Shown: positions 1-14,289, numbered from the stretch's first letter. The stretch is 64,000 bases of DNA from Eledone cirrhosa (GCA_964016885.1 CAXHJY010001648.1:8245-72244), one strand, 5' to 3'. Notes: generated from the sequence alone by a model not told the origin. Numbers and translations: made by a program.

Positions 1-5
1 ATATG

Positions 6-56
<51 letters not shown>

Positions 57-77
57 GTATATATATGTATATATATG

Positions 78-162
<85 letters not shown>

Positions 163-163
163 G

Positions 164-194
<31 letters not shown>

Positions 195-195
195 G

Positions 196-252
<57 letters not shown>

Positions 253-307
253 GTATATATATATATGTATATATATATATGTATATATATATATGTATAT
301 ATATATG

Positions 308-338
<31 letters not shown>

Positions 339-547
339 GTATATATATATATATATATGTATGTATATATGTATATATATATATGTATGTATATATGTAT
401 ATATATATATGTATGTATATATGTATATATATATATATATATATGTATGTATATATATATGTATTTATATATATATATGTATGTATATATGTATATATAT
501 ATATATATGTATGTATATATATATGTATTTATATATATATATGCATG

Positions 548-578
<31 letters not shown>

Positions 579-608
579 GCATGTATATATATATATATAT
601 ATATATGT
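1..608. repeat. (TA)n microsatellite with TG variants; representative of many tracts (e.g. 1010-1750, 7260-8595, 13773-16412, 16891-17880, 21230-22520, 44290-45160, 55414-57821, 59530-60840, 62040-62490, 63115-63815)
   Basis: Dinucleotide repeats read directly; they generate the YIYI ORFs of the ORF track. Confidence 0.99.
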
Positions 609-1009
609 ATAGGATTATCCAAGATGCAGTGATGGTTAATTACTACACTGGATATGGTTGACGTACGGTAAGAGGTTACTCTACGAGTTATGGAAGAATT
701 GTTCAAGAAACTTAGTTCCTGATCCTTCAGTATTCCGGAGTGTATATAAAGAATGAATAATGACAGGTAGACATCATAAAAAGGTAGTTTATTCCGTGTG
801 CTTACAAGTGTTTCCACGGTGGGGCTGCAGCCTAGTTCCGCTACGTGCAAATTCACAAGTATTTGCAGAACTCGAATATCCAATGCTGTGACCACTGTTT
901 CCTCAGAGCAGCGGAACTAGGCTGCAGTACCACCGTGGAAACACTTGTAAGCACACGGAATAAACTACCTTTTTATGATGTCTACCTGTCATTATTCATT
1001 CTTTATATA
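609..1009 (-). mobile_element. Fold-back PLE-like mini-element with inverted arms 743-842 / 910-1009
   Basis: ~100 bp near-perfect inverted repeat flanked by (TA)n; contains an HHR motif and AATAAA. Confidence 0.75.
799..910 (-). ncRNA. Type I hammerhead ribozyme with long stem II
   Basis: Minus strand: tgct-CTGAGGA-a-acagtgg...ccaccgt-g-GAAAC-actt-GTA-agca, followed by AATAAA. Confidence 0.65.
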
Positions 1010-1065
1010 TATGTATGTATATATATATATATATATGCATGTATATATATGTATATATATATATG

Positions 1066-1096
<31 letters not shown>

Positions 1097-1098
1097 GC

Positions 1099-1151
<53 letters not shown>

Positions 1152-1163
1152 TATGCATGTATA

Positions 1164-1194
<31 letters not shown>

Positions 1195-1384
1195 GCATGT
1201 ATATATATGTATATATATATATATATATATGCATGTATAGATATGTATATATATATATATATATATTGCATGTATAGATATGTATATATATATATATATA
1301 TCTGCATGTATATATATGTATATATATATATATATATATATGCATGTATAGATATGTATAGATATATATATATATGCATGTATA

Positions 1385-1415
<31 letters not shown>

Positions 1416-1485
1416 GCATGTATATATATATGTATGTATATATATGTATATATATATTATATATGCATGTATATATATATGTATG

Positions 1486-1518
<33 letters not shown>

Positions 1519-1527
1519 GTATATATG

Positions 1528-1563
<36 letters not shown>

Positions 1564-1605
1564 TGTATATATATGTATATATGTATATATATAAATATAT
1601 GCATG

Positions 1606-1645
<40 letters not shown>

Positions 1646-1796
1646 TGTATATATATAAATATGCATATAGATATAGATATAGATATATATATATACATAT
1701 ATATTATATACATATATATATATACATATATATATATACATATATATATATGTGTATTGTATGTTTTGGAACAGTGAGCGAGTTTGAAATTAGAAA

Positions 1797-1988
1797 ATAT
1801 ATAGCTTTCACCGTATTTTTAACTAAAGGAATTTTTAGCTTGATAACGGGGTTTAGAACCCTCAGATAAATGGAAAAAGATGAGTATTGACGTGTCAATA
1901 CTCATCTTTTTCCATTTATCCGAGGGTTCTAAACCCCGTTATCAAGCTAAAAAATTCCTTTAGTTAAAAATACGGTGAAGCTATATAT
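1797..1988. repeat. Near-perfect palindrome (~95 bp arms, 2 nt loop at 1892-1893) inserted in (TA)n
   Basis: agctttcaccg...gtattgac|gt|gtcaatac...cggtgaagct; no HHR core recognised. Confidence 0.9.
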
Positions 1989-3120
1989 GTGTATATATAT
2001 TATATATGCATGTATATATATATATGAATATATATATGCATGTGTATATATACATATGTACGTAAATGCATGTATATGTATGTATATATAGATTATATAT
2101 GCATATATATGCATGTATATATATGTATATATAGGCATGTATATATGCATATATATATATCTGTACATATATATATTATATATATATATATTATATATAT
2201 ATATATATATCTGTACATATATATATATATATATATATCTGTACATATATATATATATATATACATATCTGTACATATGTATATATATATATATATATAT
2301 ATGTATATGCATGTATATATAATCTGTACATATATATATGTATATGGATGTATATATATATGTACATGTACACACATATATATGTATACATATGCATGCA
2401 TGTATATGTACATATATATAGATATGTATGTATATGCGTGTATATGCATATGTACGTGTATTTGCGAGTTTCTGCCTCTACATCTTTCACTATATCACTT
2501 AAATTATGTTATCATTATAGAAGTAAACACACATATATATATATAATTTATATATATATACAGTAAACACACATATATATATATAATTTATATATATATA
2601 CAGTATATTTCCTGTTTAGAAATGTATCCTAAATGACACAAGCAGGTCTCTGGCTGTGAGCGTTCTGCAAGTGATTTAGACACGCAAGTCATGTTTTTGA
2701 AATGGTGAAATGTCTATTTCGCTCATCACATTATATTTAGCGTGATTCTCGAAAATTAGTTTCTAAATAATAGTCTGTCAATCTAGATATAAACCTCTGT
2801 GTGTGTGCGTCTGTGTATATCTGAGTGTGATTGTGTGTGTGTGTGTATATGTGTATGTGTGTGTGGGGGGGGGGGGGGTGAATGTCTCTATGTCAGTGTG
2901 TTTGTAAGTGTGTGTTTGAGTTTATTTTCAATAAATCCACCTATATTTATTTTCACTACTATTGTTGTTTGAGATAAAGATATATCCATCCACGACAACA
3001 CTGTCGGCTGTTTAAGCTTTGGTTACTATGTTACATTTGAGGCTCGGCTTAGAAGTACATAGTTTGGCAATAAACGAGAGGTACTGTGAAATATTGCATA
3101 ATTTGAACTCTTCCTAATAA

Positions 3121-3288
3121 TTGTTTCAACTTTTGACACGAGGCCAGAATTTACCCCAGTGCATTACTGGTACTTTATTTTATAGACCCGGTAAAGCTGA
3201 AAGGCAAAGTTAACCTCGGCGGGATTCTGAACTCAGAATGGCAAGGGCCGTAACTCTATGCATCAAAGAATGGCGTCAGACACCTCTA
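3121..3288 (-). mobile_element. tRNA-derived SINE fragment
   Basis: Reverse complement matches the SINE copies at 40982-41562 and 52242-52510 (gagttca B-box-like, ggtcnataaaataaagtaccag). Confidence 0.7.
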
Positions 3289-3324
3289 GTGTTACTATAT
3301 ATATACATATATATATATATATAT

Positions 3325-3520
3325 AACAAAGAAAGTGTGGTAAGGAAGCAGGTGGACCATAATGCACCAGAGTACTCAAAACTTAGAGTAGTAGAGTGGG
3401 TAATAGAGAAGACGATCGGGGACCCCGACAGCTGAGCTTCGACAGCTAAATCCGAACTGAGTTCGGATCTAGCTATCGAAACATCCGGAGCTCAGCCGTC
3501 GGGGTCTTGACTATTTTCCT
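3325..3520 (-). mobile_element. Fold-back mini-element, family F1 (other copies 11371-11500, 40924-40985, 42964-43156, 55219-55413, 58784-58965)
   Basis: Shared terminus gtggtaaggaancagntggaccata...gagtactcaa and gaccccgac inverted arms; five of the six copies show the GAAAc...gTC HHR 3' half. Confidence 0.85.
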
Positions 3521-3633
3521 ATATATATATATATATATATAAATATTATATATATAAATATATATATATATATATTATGAAAATATTATGAAAATAAAAC
3601 AAAGAAGCCTTCAATACATCAAAAGTCTTTATT

Positions 3634-3670
3634 AGCCAACAATGTTTCGTCCTATTAAGGACTGTCATTT
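3634..3670 (-). ncRNA. Degenerate hammerhead-like motif
   Basis: Minus strand: aatgaca-gtcc-ttaata-ggac-GAAAC-att-GTT-ggct-AATAAA; the CUGANGA core is damaged. Confidence 0.4.
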
Positions 3671-3747
3671 CTATAATACGAAGAGGGTGTTTAACTCCAA
3701 CACGCTCCAGTATTTTAATCCTTATATATATATATATAAATATATAA

Positions 3748-3781
<34 letters not shown>

Positions 3782-3904
3782 ATGTGTATGTGTGTGTGTA
3801 TGTGTGTGTATGTATGTGTATATGTGTATGTATGTATATATATGTGTGTGTATATGTGTTTGAATATATGCATATCTAAATATTAATATAATATATATAT
3901 TATA

Positions 3905-6538
3905 CACTTTTACCTATTCCAGCCACCCGGCTGATGCCATGCTGGGGCACCGCCCTTGTTGCTACACATTTTATCACCAGCCTGTATTGGTTGGCCACTG
4001 GTGCGAGAGGAAGTTCGTTGCTGCTGCCCTTAGGTTTCCCTCGTGCCTTGCAGTGGGCTCATCCGGGATCCTGGATAGCAAGGTGTCGAGATGTTTCTTG
4101 AAGACATCCACCTCAACACCATGCAGATCTCTCAGATCCCTCGGCATCTTGTTGATGAGTTGAGAGCCCTTGAACCCCAGGCTATTGCAATATCTGCTCC
4201 TTATTCTAGATGTGGAAGACGGGACCTTTGGCATCAAACATTGACGTCCTGTTCGACGGTTGGTCCAGCTCCCAATGCCAAAGTTTGGTGCTAGTCCCTC
4301 CAGGATTTTCCACATGTAGATCACCTCGTATCTCTACCGTCGTCGTTCCAAAGAGTAGAGGTTCCGTTCTTTTAGCCTCTCCCAGTAGCTTATCTCCTTC
4401 ATCGTGCCATTGATCTTGGTGTAGCTTCGCTGGATTGCCTCAAGCTCCGTGGTTAGTTTGACACTATGGGGTGACCACAACTGGGAGCAATAGTCTAGGC
4501 GGCTTAGGACAAATTTCCTCCATAATGTCAACATGGTGTCTCAGTCTCTTGTCCGGAAAGTCCTCAAGATCCAGCCAGCCAGTCGTCTGCACATTGTCGC
4601 CACTTTCATGATGTGTGAGGAAAAAGATCCATCATCGCTCATGTCTATACACAGGTCTCGTATCGATTTTGACACGGGGATATCGGTCCGTCCTGGTCCT
4701 GCGTAACTGTGTTGTACTGTATTTGTGTTTGCATGTTTTTATTGTAGGGCTTGGAATTTGCCAGCATTAAACTACATGTTGTTGTCTTCCGCCCATTTGT
4801 ATATGACATCCAGATCGTGTTGTAAAAGGGGAGTGTCAGCCGGGTTTTTGATTGCCTGTGCTACCTTAGTGTCATCAGCATAGCTAGTGAGGGATGTTGT
4901 TGTATGTACCACGGAGGGCATGTCTGAGAGAGCCACCAAAAACAGTAGTGGTCCCAGGATGTGCCTTGTGGCACCCCACTTGTTATTGATGTTTCCTTTG
5001 AGAGGCCCCCGTTTGCTGCGATTGTCTGGCTTCTGTCCTTTAAGAAGTCGTGCAGCCACTCACCTACTTTTCCAGTTATGCCGAGTCTGAGTAGTTTGTG
5101 ACATATAATTCCGTGATCGACCTTGTCAAAGGCCATCGCAAAGTCAAGATATATCACGTCCTCATGTGAGCTGTCTAGCAGTTGTTTCAGTACCCAGTCG
5201 TAGTGATGTAGCAGCTCTATAAGGTAGCCTCTTCCTGGGCGGAAGCCCTGTTGCGTGCTAGTAAGGCGATCATTTTCCTCGAGGAAAGTGATCAGTTTCT
5301 TTCTGAGGACTCGCTTCATGACCTTACTGATATGCGACGTCAGGGAGACAGGCCTATAGCTTTTGGCCTCCGCTCTGCTACCTCCTTTATGGATAGGGCA
5401 TATTGGACCTCTTTTCAGCTATCTGGGTAGTATACCGCTAGCCAAGGAGCTTCTGAAGAGCGTCTTCAGTGGAGTTGCTAAGGCCCACTTACCTGTTTTT
5501 ATGAGGACTGCTGGGAATCCATCAGGTCGAGCAGCTGAGTCAGTTCTAATTTCATCTTTGGCGTGTACCACATCCACCTCCGTTATGTCTATGTGGTTGA
5601 TGGTCGCCATTTCTTCATGTAGTGTTGTGACATCAACGAACTCCTATGGCTTCGTTATTTGCATGTGCCTCAGTGGACATGTGAACACACTTTTGTACAG
5701 TTCGTTCAGTATTTCACACATCTCTTGGGGATTCTCGCTTAATGAACCGTCTGTATGGAAGTGGCCCAATCTTGCAGTGTACTGAGGCAGTTTCTTTTGC
5801 AAATTTAAAGAAGGCCTTAGGGTTTGTTTTAACATTTTCTATGGCCCTGTTCTCTTTCTTTGCCCTCTCATTTTCATGGGAAAGTTTGAGTGCAATATCG
5901 GTGTCAAGTAGTGCACGTTTCAAATAAGATTCCTTCTTGTTGTGCATTCAACTGGTTTGAGAGCTTGGTTCTACATCTCATGAGGATGTGCCTATCTCTG
6001 GGAATAAGATGTTTGTGTCTGTTTACCTTTTCTTCCGGGACAAACGTTTTGCATATAGTGTGTCTCGTTGTCATGAAGTGTTGAAATTGTGTGTTGGTGT
6101 CTTGTGTGGCGGTATTTTCGCTCCATATTTGCTTCCGGATTTCTCTCTTGATTTTTATCTAGTTAGCCTTGTAGAAGTTCAGGCTGAATAACATCCCGGT
6201 GCATCTTGATGGTTGTGTCTCTGTTGGTTCTCTCGGACCACATAGCATTATTTCTACTAAGTTATGATCCGAGAAAATTGTTGTCACATTTACATTGTGG
6301 ATGAGCACTTCGTTGTTTTTAAAACAGAGGACAAGGACATTTTCGTCTCTTGTTGGGATGAGTACTGTGTCTGAGGGCCAGCAGGGATTCCGTCTGTCTC
6401 TGTTCTATTGACGTCATTCCAGGGAGGAGGTGGCCCTCACGCCATTTGACCTTTGGCAGGATGAAGTCTACCAGCAGTAGAATGTTGAGACCCTGGTCCA
6501 GTTTGTCAAAGACCTCTTCTATCCTACAGAGGCATCCT

Positions 6539-6541
<3 letters not shown>
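3905..6541 (-). mobile_element. Degenerate 5'-truncated CR1/L2-group LINE (APE remnant plus RT, many frameshifts)
   Basis: Minus-strand ORF pieces: LLLVDFILPKVKW (APE GDFN-like), QQGFRPGR, DVIYLDFAMAFDKVDH, SGVPQG, YADD, YWERLK..YSLERRR, IPDEP. Confidence 0.93.
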
Positions 6542-6589
<48 letters not shown>

Positions 6590-6592
<3 letters not shown>

Positions 6593-6645
6593 TGAAAGAG
6601 AACAAAGGAACAATTATGACATTACAAGTTTATTGCCGACAGCCG

Positions 6646-6648
<3 letters not shown>
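6590..6648 (-). mobile_element. Very short PLE-like 3' stub in (TA)n
   Basis: Minus strand: AACggctGTC-ggc-AATAAA, i.e. HHR stem III, cleavage triplet and polyA signal only. Confidence 0.45.
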
Positions 6649-6712
<64 letters not shown>

Positions 6713-7100
6713 TGTGTGTGTGTATATAGGGGAGTATATATATTCAGCTATCTATTCTAGAAAGCTAATATATACATAAATATATTATATACATAAAATA
6801 TGTTGTTAGTAATATGGTGTATATAAACATACGAAATTATATAACTGAAGAGCATGTTTATAAAATATAATTATAATAAAAATATATGAAACAAACTTTT
6901 TTGACTTTATATATATGTATATCTATATATATATATATATACATATATGTGTAGATATATATACATGTGTGGATATATATATATATCAATGATATTAATA
7001 AATAGAACTTTGGTATGCACACGGATAAAATATATATTCGTATATATGGGTGTGTGTATATATATATTCGTATATATGTGTGTGTGAATACACTCACACA

Positions 7101-7138
<38 letters not shown>

Positions 7139-7296
7139 TATTTATTGATATACATGGTGTAAATATGACATGGTATATTCTTTCCTTCGTTTTTTCAATA
7201 TAAATGTTTAAATATTTGAATACAATGAAATTAATTAATTGCATTCACTAGGATATTCACTAATATATATATATATATATGGGTGTATATTTATTT

Positions 7297-7344
<48 letters not shown>

Positions 7345-7719
7345 ATATGTATATATATATATATATATATATGTATTTATGTATATATATATATATATAT
7401 GTATTTATGTATATATATATATATGTATTTATGTATATATATATATATATATGTATTTATGTATATATATATATATCTATATATATATATGTATTTATAT
7501 ATATATATATGTATTTATGTATATATATATATATATGTATCTATGTATATATGTGTATGAATGTATATAAATATATGTGTATGTATATAAATATATGTGT
7601 ATGTATGTATGTATATATATATATGTGTATGTATATATATATGTGTATGTAAGTATGTATGTGTATGTATGTATGTATGTATACATACACATATATATAT
7701 ATACATACATATGTGTATG

Positions 7720-7762
<43 letters not shown>

Positions 7763-8015
7763 GTATATATATATGTGTATGTATATATATATGTGTATGT
7801 ATGTATATATGTGTATGTATGTATGTATATATATATATATGTGTGTATGTATATATATACATATATATATATATATGTATTTATTTATATATATGTATTT
7901 ATGTATATATATGTATTTATGTATATATGTATATATATATATATATATTTATTTATGTATATATATGTATATTTATGTATATATATATATATGTGTGTAT
8001 ATATATATGTATATA

Positions 8016-8046
<31 letters not shown>

Positions 8047-8083
8047 GTGTATATATATATATGTGTATATATATATATATGTG

Positions 8084-8114
<31 letters not shown>

Positions 8115-8267
8115 GTATATTTATTAATATATATATAAGTGTATATATATATATGTATATATGTATCTATATTTATGTATATATATATATGTATATATAT
8201 GTATATATGTATTTATGTATATATATATATATATACATATGTGTGTACAGTTAGACATATATATATA

Positions 8268-8316
<49 letters not shown>

Positions 8317-8595
8317 ATATATATATGTATACATATATATGTGTACTGTTATATATATATATGTGTGTGTGTATATATATCTATATATATATATATATAT
8401 TTATGTGTGGGTGGTGTATAGATATACATATATATATATATATATATATACGTATATGTATGTATTTATGCATGAACATATATACATACACACAGACGCA
8501 CATACACACACGCACATATATATATATATTTACACATATTGATATATATTTATACACACACACACCGACACACACATATATATATATATATATAC

Positions 8596-8790
8596 AATGA
8601 TATTAAATAAATGGAAACTATATTCATAAAACCATAATTATTGTATTATATATATTTCAAGGGTACCAAAAGACTTTGGTACGCTTTCTTCTATAATAAA
8701 ATAAATATGGTTTTATAAATATAGTTTCCATTTATTTAATATCATTGAATATTTACTCCAGGAACTTGTTGAGTGCTCGAAATCAGTTAT
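8596..8790. mobile_element. Fold-back mini-element, family F2
   Basis: aatgatattaaataaatggaaactatatt arm and its inverse; partial HHR on the minus strand; homologous to 12601-13057, 18204-18597 and 48071-50545. Confidence 0.8.
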
Positions 8791-8811
8791 ATATATCTAT
8801 CTATCTATCTA

Positions 8812-8920
<109 letters not shown>

Positions 8921-9227
8921 ATGTATTGACCTGGAATGGACCCAATTATTCTGACTCTCTTCCTTTGAGTGTCTTCAGTAATAATATAACTACCGTGTCA
9001 TTGAACTTTATTCCAGTTATATTGCAGATTCAAGTGTTCGCAGTCTATAAGGTTTTATAAAATGTTTTAATGCTGCTTCTTCTTAATCGCCCATTTATTT
9101 TCTTTCCATATGGTGATTACACATGTCTTAGCCGATTAGGTGATATATGTATATGTGTGCGTGTGTATAAATATGTGTGCGTGTGCATAAATATATATAT
9201 ATATATATATAGATATATATATATACA

Positions 9228-9430
<203 letters not shown>

Positions 9431-9431
9431 C

Positions 9432-9511
<80 letters not shown>

Positions 9512-9520
9512 TATATATAC

Positions 9521-9579
<59 letters not shown>

Positions 9580-9588
9580 TATATATAC

Positions 9589-9652
<64 letters not shown>

Positions 9653-9654
<2 letters not shown>

Positions 9655-10212
9655 TGTAGTTTAGAAAGCCGCAACAATGCAGATGGGAAATCTCGAGGTA
9701 GGAAGTGAGTGAGAAATAGGAGAAAAGTGAAAATTGAGAGAAACGAAAAAGGAAAAGAAAACAAAGGTAGAAGGGTTACCGTAGTGGAGATTTAATCCCA
9801 ATATTTCGGGCTCACGCCCATCAACGGGGGAAAGTTCGAAAATGGGGGGAACAGGCTCAGCCGGAGAAAGTTGTATTGTCGTTAAAACATAGGAATGCAG
9901 TTATGGGGAAAATTCAAACGAGGGAAAGAAAGCGCGTGCGCGTGATAGGCTATGGCAAAATCTACTGACCAATTGGGTTAAATCAATAGGGTGCGCTAGC
10001 GTGTGAAAGCCGTAAAATATGTGTGTGTAAAATATATGTGTGTGTAACTGTGTGTGTATATGTGTATGTGTGTATGTATGTGAGTGTGTGTGTGTGTGTG
10101 AAAGATAGTGGGCCGTAGAAGCTGGAATTCAATTTTCACTTTTCTCCTATTTCTCACTCACTTCCTACCTCGAGATTTCCCATCTGCATTGTTGTGGCTT
10201 TCTAAACTACAT
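9653..10212 (-). mobile_element. PLE-like fragment with inverted arms 9653-9737 / 10129-10212 and an HHR-like motif at 9796-9829
   Basis: ~85 bp inverted repeat; minus strand ccc-CCGTTGA-t-gggc-gtga-gccc-GAAA-tatt-ggga. Confidence 0.6.
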
Positions 10213-10273
10213 ATTTTACATATTTCATAATGCTTCAAGCAAACTTTAACACCCTCATATATATATATATACA

Positions 10274-10341
<68 letters not shown>

Positions 10342-10350
10342 TTATATATA

Positions 10351-11329
10351 TACACCATTAAGAAAAGTAAGCGCATCAATAGACAAACTATCTGGTTCTC
10401 TCCTCCCTTCTCACTCAACGTTAAAACCAATGTAGAAAAAGTATTTCTGGCCCTCTTAGATAGACACTTTCCCATAGGTCATAAATACCGATCCATCTTT
10501 AACCGACACAAAGTTAAACTAGGATACTCTTGCGCTAAGAACATGAAGGCCCACATCACCAACAGCCCTAGCAGCAACCAATGTGCTCTTGCCGTAAGCC
10601 TGAAGTTTGCCCCCTTCAACAGCAATGCAACACACCAGCTGTAATTTATGAAGCTGTGGTCACTTCCAACCGACCAAACGAACCACAGGAGGTCAAATCC
10701 TATGTGGGCATGACGGAGGGACGATTTAAGGAACGTTTCCTGAACCACCAGTCTACCTTCAGGTACCGGGACAGACGATCAACCACGAAACTCGCGAGCC
10801 TCGTATGGTCCCTCGAGGTCTCAAGTATAGACTACTCCATTCAATGGAAAGCCATCACTAAGTCCAAGCCATACGCAAGGGGAAATCCGACGTGTGGCTT
10901 ATGTACTGACGAACGAATAACTATTCTAAAGAGATTACGCAATAGTGATTGCCTAAACACGAGAAATGAATGTTTTACACTTTGTCCACACGTTGCCAAA
11001 CACCTATTGGATAACTACAAGGCTCCGGACTGATTATTTGTAATTTTATTTTCAACCTAAAAACGTTTCGGACTTTCGTAGTTATCCGCCTTACACCTCT
11101 CGCACGCATTCTAGTATTGCCTGTTTGAAGTGACCGGGTTTCTGCGCATGCGCGTTCGTACGGTTGTCGTTCCTGTTCCTATAACCATGCCCATTCCGAG
11201 CTGAGGATCCGCTAAGGTAAAACAATTGTTCTTGGTATGGTGACCTAACTGTTGTGTAACCACTTCTACCTAACTCGTCCCATGGACTGAGTGCTCTACC
11301 ACTACGGATATTACCTTCCAGTGTTCCAC

Positions 11330-11332
<3 letters not shown>
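10351..11332 (+). mobile_element. 5'-truncated Penelope-like element: RT-thumb/linker plus GIY-YIG endonuclease (frameshifted) and 3' UTR
   Basis: Translation IWFSPPFSLNVKTNV...HKYRSIFNRHKVKLGYSC, then CSCR..CPL...C, VIYEA...YVGMT..RFKER..NH, CGLC..E, LNTRNE...CPH (ORF 10581-11033); flanked by (TA)n. Confidence 0.9.
11196..11235 (+). ncRNA. Hammerhead ribozyme in the PLE 3' UTR (GAAA mutated to AAAA)
   Basis: ccgag-CTGAGGA-tccgctaaggt-AAAAC-aatt-GTT-cttgg; stem I pairs and stem III is palindromic. Confidence 0.65.
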
Positions 11333-11373
<41 letters not shown>

Positions 11374-11498
11374 GAGTTGTGGTAAGGAACCAGATGGACC
11401 ATAACGCACCAGAGTACTCAATACTTAGGGTAGTAGAGTGGGTAATAAAAAAATGTTTGACCCCGACGGCAGAGCTCAAGCCATTTCGACAGCTATTT

Positions 11499-11531
<33 letters not shown>

Positions 11532-11864
11532 TGGAAATAGCACGGAAAATATATTTTAGGGTCTGTTTTTCTTTATTTTCCCTTTCTTTGATTCGTAAAA
11601 GTGACATTATGGAAAAAATGAGCGGGGCAATTCTTTTAAAAAATGGAAAAAACAGTTTTATAATGTAAATAAAGTATATAAAGTATAACCGGTTTCAATG
11701 TACTATTAAAATTCATCTTATCAAATGTTGAGTATTACAATTAAAAAGAATTAATTTGAATTAAAAATGTCAACATGAATGGACCTGTTATTTTTATGTA
11801 AAGACATTTTTTTCCAATTCCAACCCGCCCGTCCCCTCAATCTATCTTATTTCTCATTCTTCCT

Positions 11865-11897
11865 TCTGATTAAGGACTAGCATCCGAAACATTAAGA
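11865..11897 (+). ncRNA. Degenerate hammerhead-like motif
   Basis: tCTGATTA-agga-ctagca-tcc-GAAAC-attaaga. Confidence 0.35.
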
Positions 11898-12040
11898 CCC
11901 TCTTCCTGCTATACAAAGCGTTAACCTAATATATCCCTTCCATATACTGTACCGATTCTGTTTAACATTTGAATATATATATATATATATATAAATACAA
12001 AGTGATAAAACGCTCAAATTTTAGTTTAGAACATTTATTT

Positions 12041-12093
12041 GCTGACAATTGTTTCTTCCAGACTTTCAGAGGGAAGTCTGGAATCATCCGAGC
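12041..12093 (-). ncRNA. Type I hammerhead ribozyme (U4G variant)
   Basis: Minus strand: gct-CGGATGA-ttccagactt/aagtctggaa-GAAAC-aatt-GTC-agc-aAATAAA. Confidence 0.65.
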
Positions 12094-12266
12094 TTAGGGA
12101 ATATCAAAACATGTGACTAAAATCATACCGGTAACCGGCTAGTACTCAGTACTATCTTCCATATTTATAATTGTATTAAACATATATAAATATATATATT
12201 CTTATTACTATATATATATATATTATTAATAGTAATAAATGGAAAATATCACGATAGCATCATATT

Positions 12267-12326
12267 TATTTTATTATACGTATTTCAAGGATACCAAATT
12301 ATGGTATGCTTTCATCAGATAAAATA
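12267..12326 (-). ncRNA. Type I minimal hammerhead ribozyme (family F2)
   Basis: Minus strand: tattttat-CTGATGA-aagcataccataatttggtatcctt-GAAAT-acgt-ATA-ataaaata; 8 bp stem I, palindromic stem III. Confidence 0.85.
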
Positions 12327-12526
12327 CAATGTTGTATGTATAAGATAGTGACGTCCCCAATGTACACATTTCAAACGTCAGCTTACTGTGGAGATGTGGA
12401 ATAAAAACTTAAAATGTTTATCTGTTCAATATATCCCTGTTAATGTATATCCTGTGAAAGTTTGAGTTTTATATATATATATACTCACGTATGTACACAC
12501 ACACACACACAAACAAACACACACAC

Positions 12527-12598
<72 letters not shown>

Positions 12599-12600
12599 GT

Positions 12601-13056
12601 ACGATATTAAAAGATGGAAACTATATTTATAAAACCATATTTATTTCATTATACACATTTCAAGGACACCAAGTTAAATTATGGTGTGCTTTCATCAGAG
12701 AAAATATAATATAGATCAGTTTTATAAATAAATATTGACATACCCTTAAAGAATGCAACCATTACTGTTGTAAGCTCCCGGATAGCTCCCGGAAGCTTCC
12801 AACAGTAATGGTTGCATTCTTTAAGGGTATGTCAATATTTATTTATAAAACTGATCTATATTATATTTTATCTGATGAAAGCACACAATAATGTAACTTG
12901 GAGTCCTTGAAATATCTATAATGAAATATATATGGTTTTATAAATATAGTTTCCATTTGTTAATATCGTATTTTTACTCCAAATATTTGTTGAGTGCTTT
13001 ATTATATCAGTTATAAAAATATTTGCTTGTATCCCAACAATTTAAATAGAACTTTT

Positions 13057-13057
<1 letters not shown>
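12601..13057. mobile_element. Fold-back mini-element F2 with HHRs on both strands (arms ~12601-12770 / 12800-12969)
   Basis: ~170 bp inverted arms; CTGATGA...GAAA at ~12872-12912 (+) and its inverse at ~12650-12700. Confidence 0.85.
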
Positions 13058-13112
<55 letters not shown>

Positions 13113-13709
13113 AACACAAATTTTGTGTTTACTTTTAATTAGATTCATTTTATATACATAACTTTGTTCATGTACCGTTCGATAATATTGTATTTTCAGT
13201 AAAATATACGCACATCTATGAAGTAGGTTTCCTATTGTTATATTATATTTACAATTTACATGAAAAATTTCTAATAAATTATATAAATTTCATAGTTGTA
13301 TCTATATTTATAACTAATTTATAGCTAAAACTAACGAAATATTTATTATATATATATATATTTATTATATATGTATAATCTGTATTATATATGTATAATA
13401 TTTATTACATATGTATAATATTTATTATATATATATAATATTTATTATATATATGTATAATATTTATTAAATAAGTATTTATATTATATATATATAAGCA
13501 TTTTTTTTAAATTATATATCTCTATACTTGTGCTTTTAATTTTTTTTTATAATTTCATTTATTTCAAATTTTAATATTAATTTGCTTTTGTTAAACCGCT
13601 GATAATTTTCAATCGGCTATTGAATATTTTGAAATTTTATTATCCTAACTAAAAAAAAAATTCAGCTATCGATCATGGATTGTATCTGATAGATTTTAAA
13701 AGCCTGTTT

Positions 13710-13723
13710 GTTTCCATAGCAAC
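13710..13723. promoter_or_regulatory. RFX X-box motif
   Basis: gtttccatagcaac matches the X-box consensus GTYNCYATRGNAAC, in unique sequence. Confidence 0.4.
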
Positions 13724-13849
13724 AGAAATTTTATGTTTGTCTATTAAATGTCTGTATGAGATATAAATATGAATGTATATATATATATGTGTGTGTATAT
13801 GTCTATATGTATCTATATATATTTATATATGTATATATATATATGAGTG

Positions 13850-13880
<31 letters not shown>

Positions 13881-13988
13881 ATATGTATGTATGTATATAT
13901 ATGTAAGTATATATATGTAGTATATATATACATATGTATGTATGCATATATATATGTATATGTATGTATATATATATGTATGCATATA

Positions 13989-14025
<37 letters not shown>

Positions 14026-14256
14026 GTATATATATATATGTATGCATATATATATATATGTATGCATATATATATATGTATGTATATATATATATATGTA
14101 TGAATATATATATGTATGCATATATATATGTATGCATATATATATGTATGCATATATATATGTATGCATATATATATATGTGTATATATAAATATGTATG
14201 TATATATATGTGTGTGAATATATATATATATGTATGTATATATATATATATGTATG

Positions 14257-14289
<33 letters not shown>

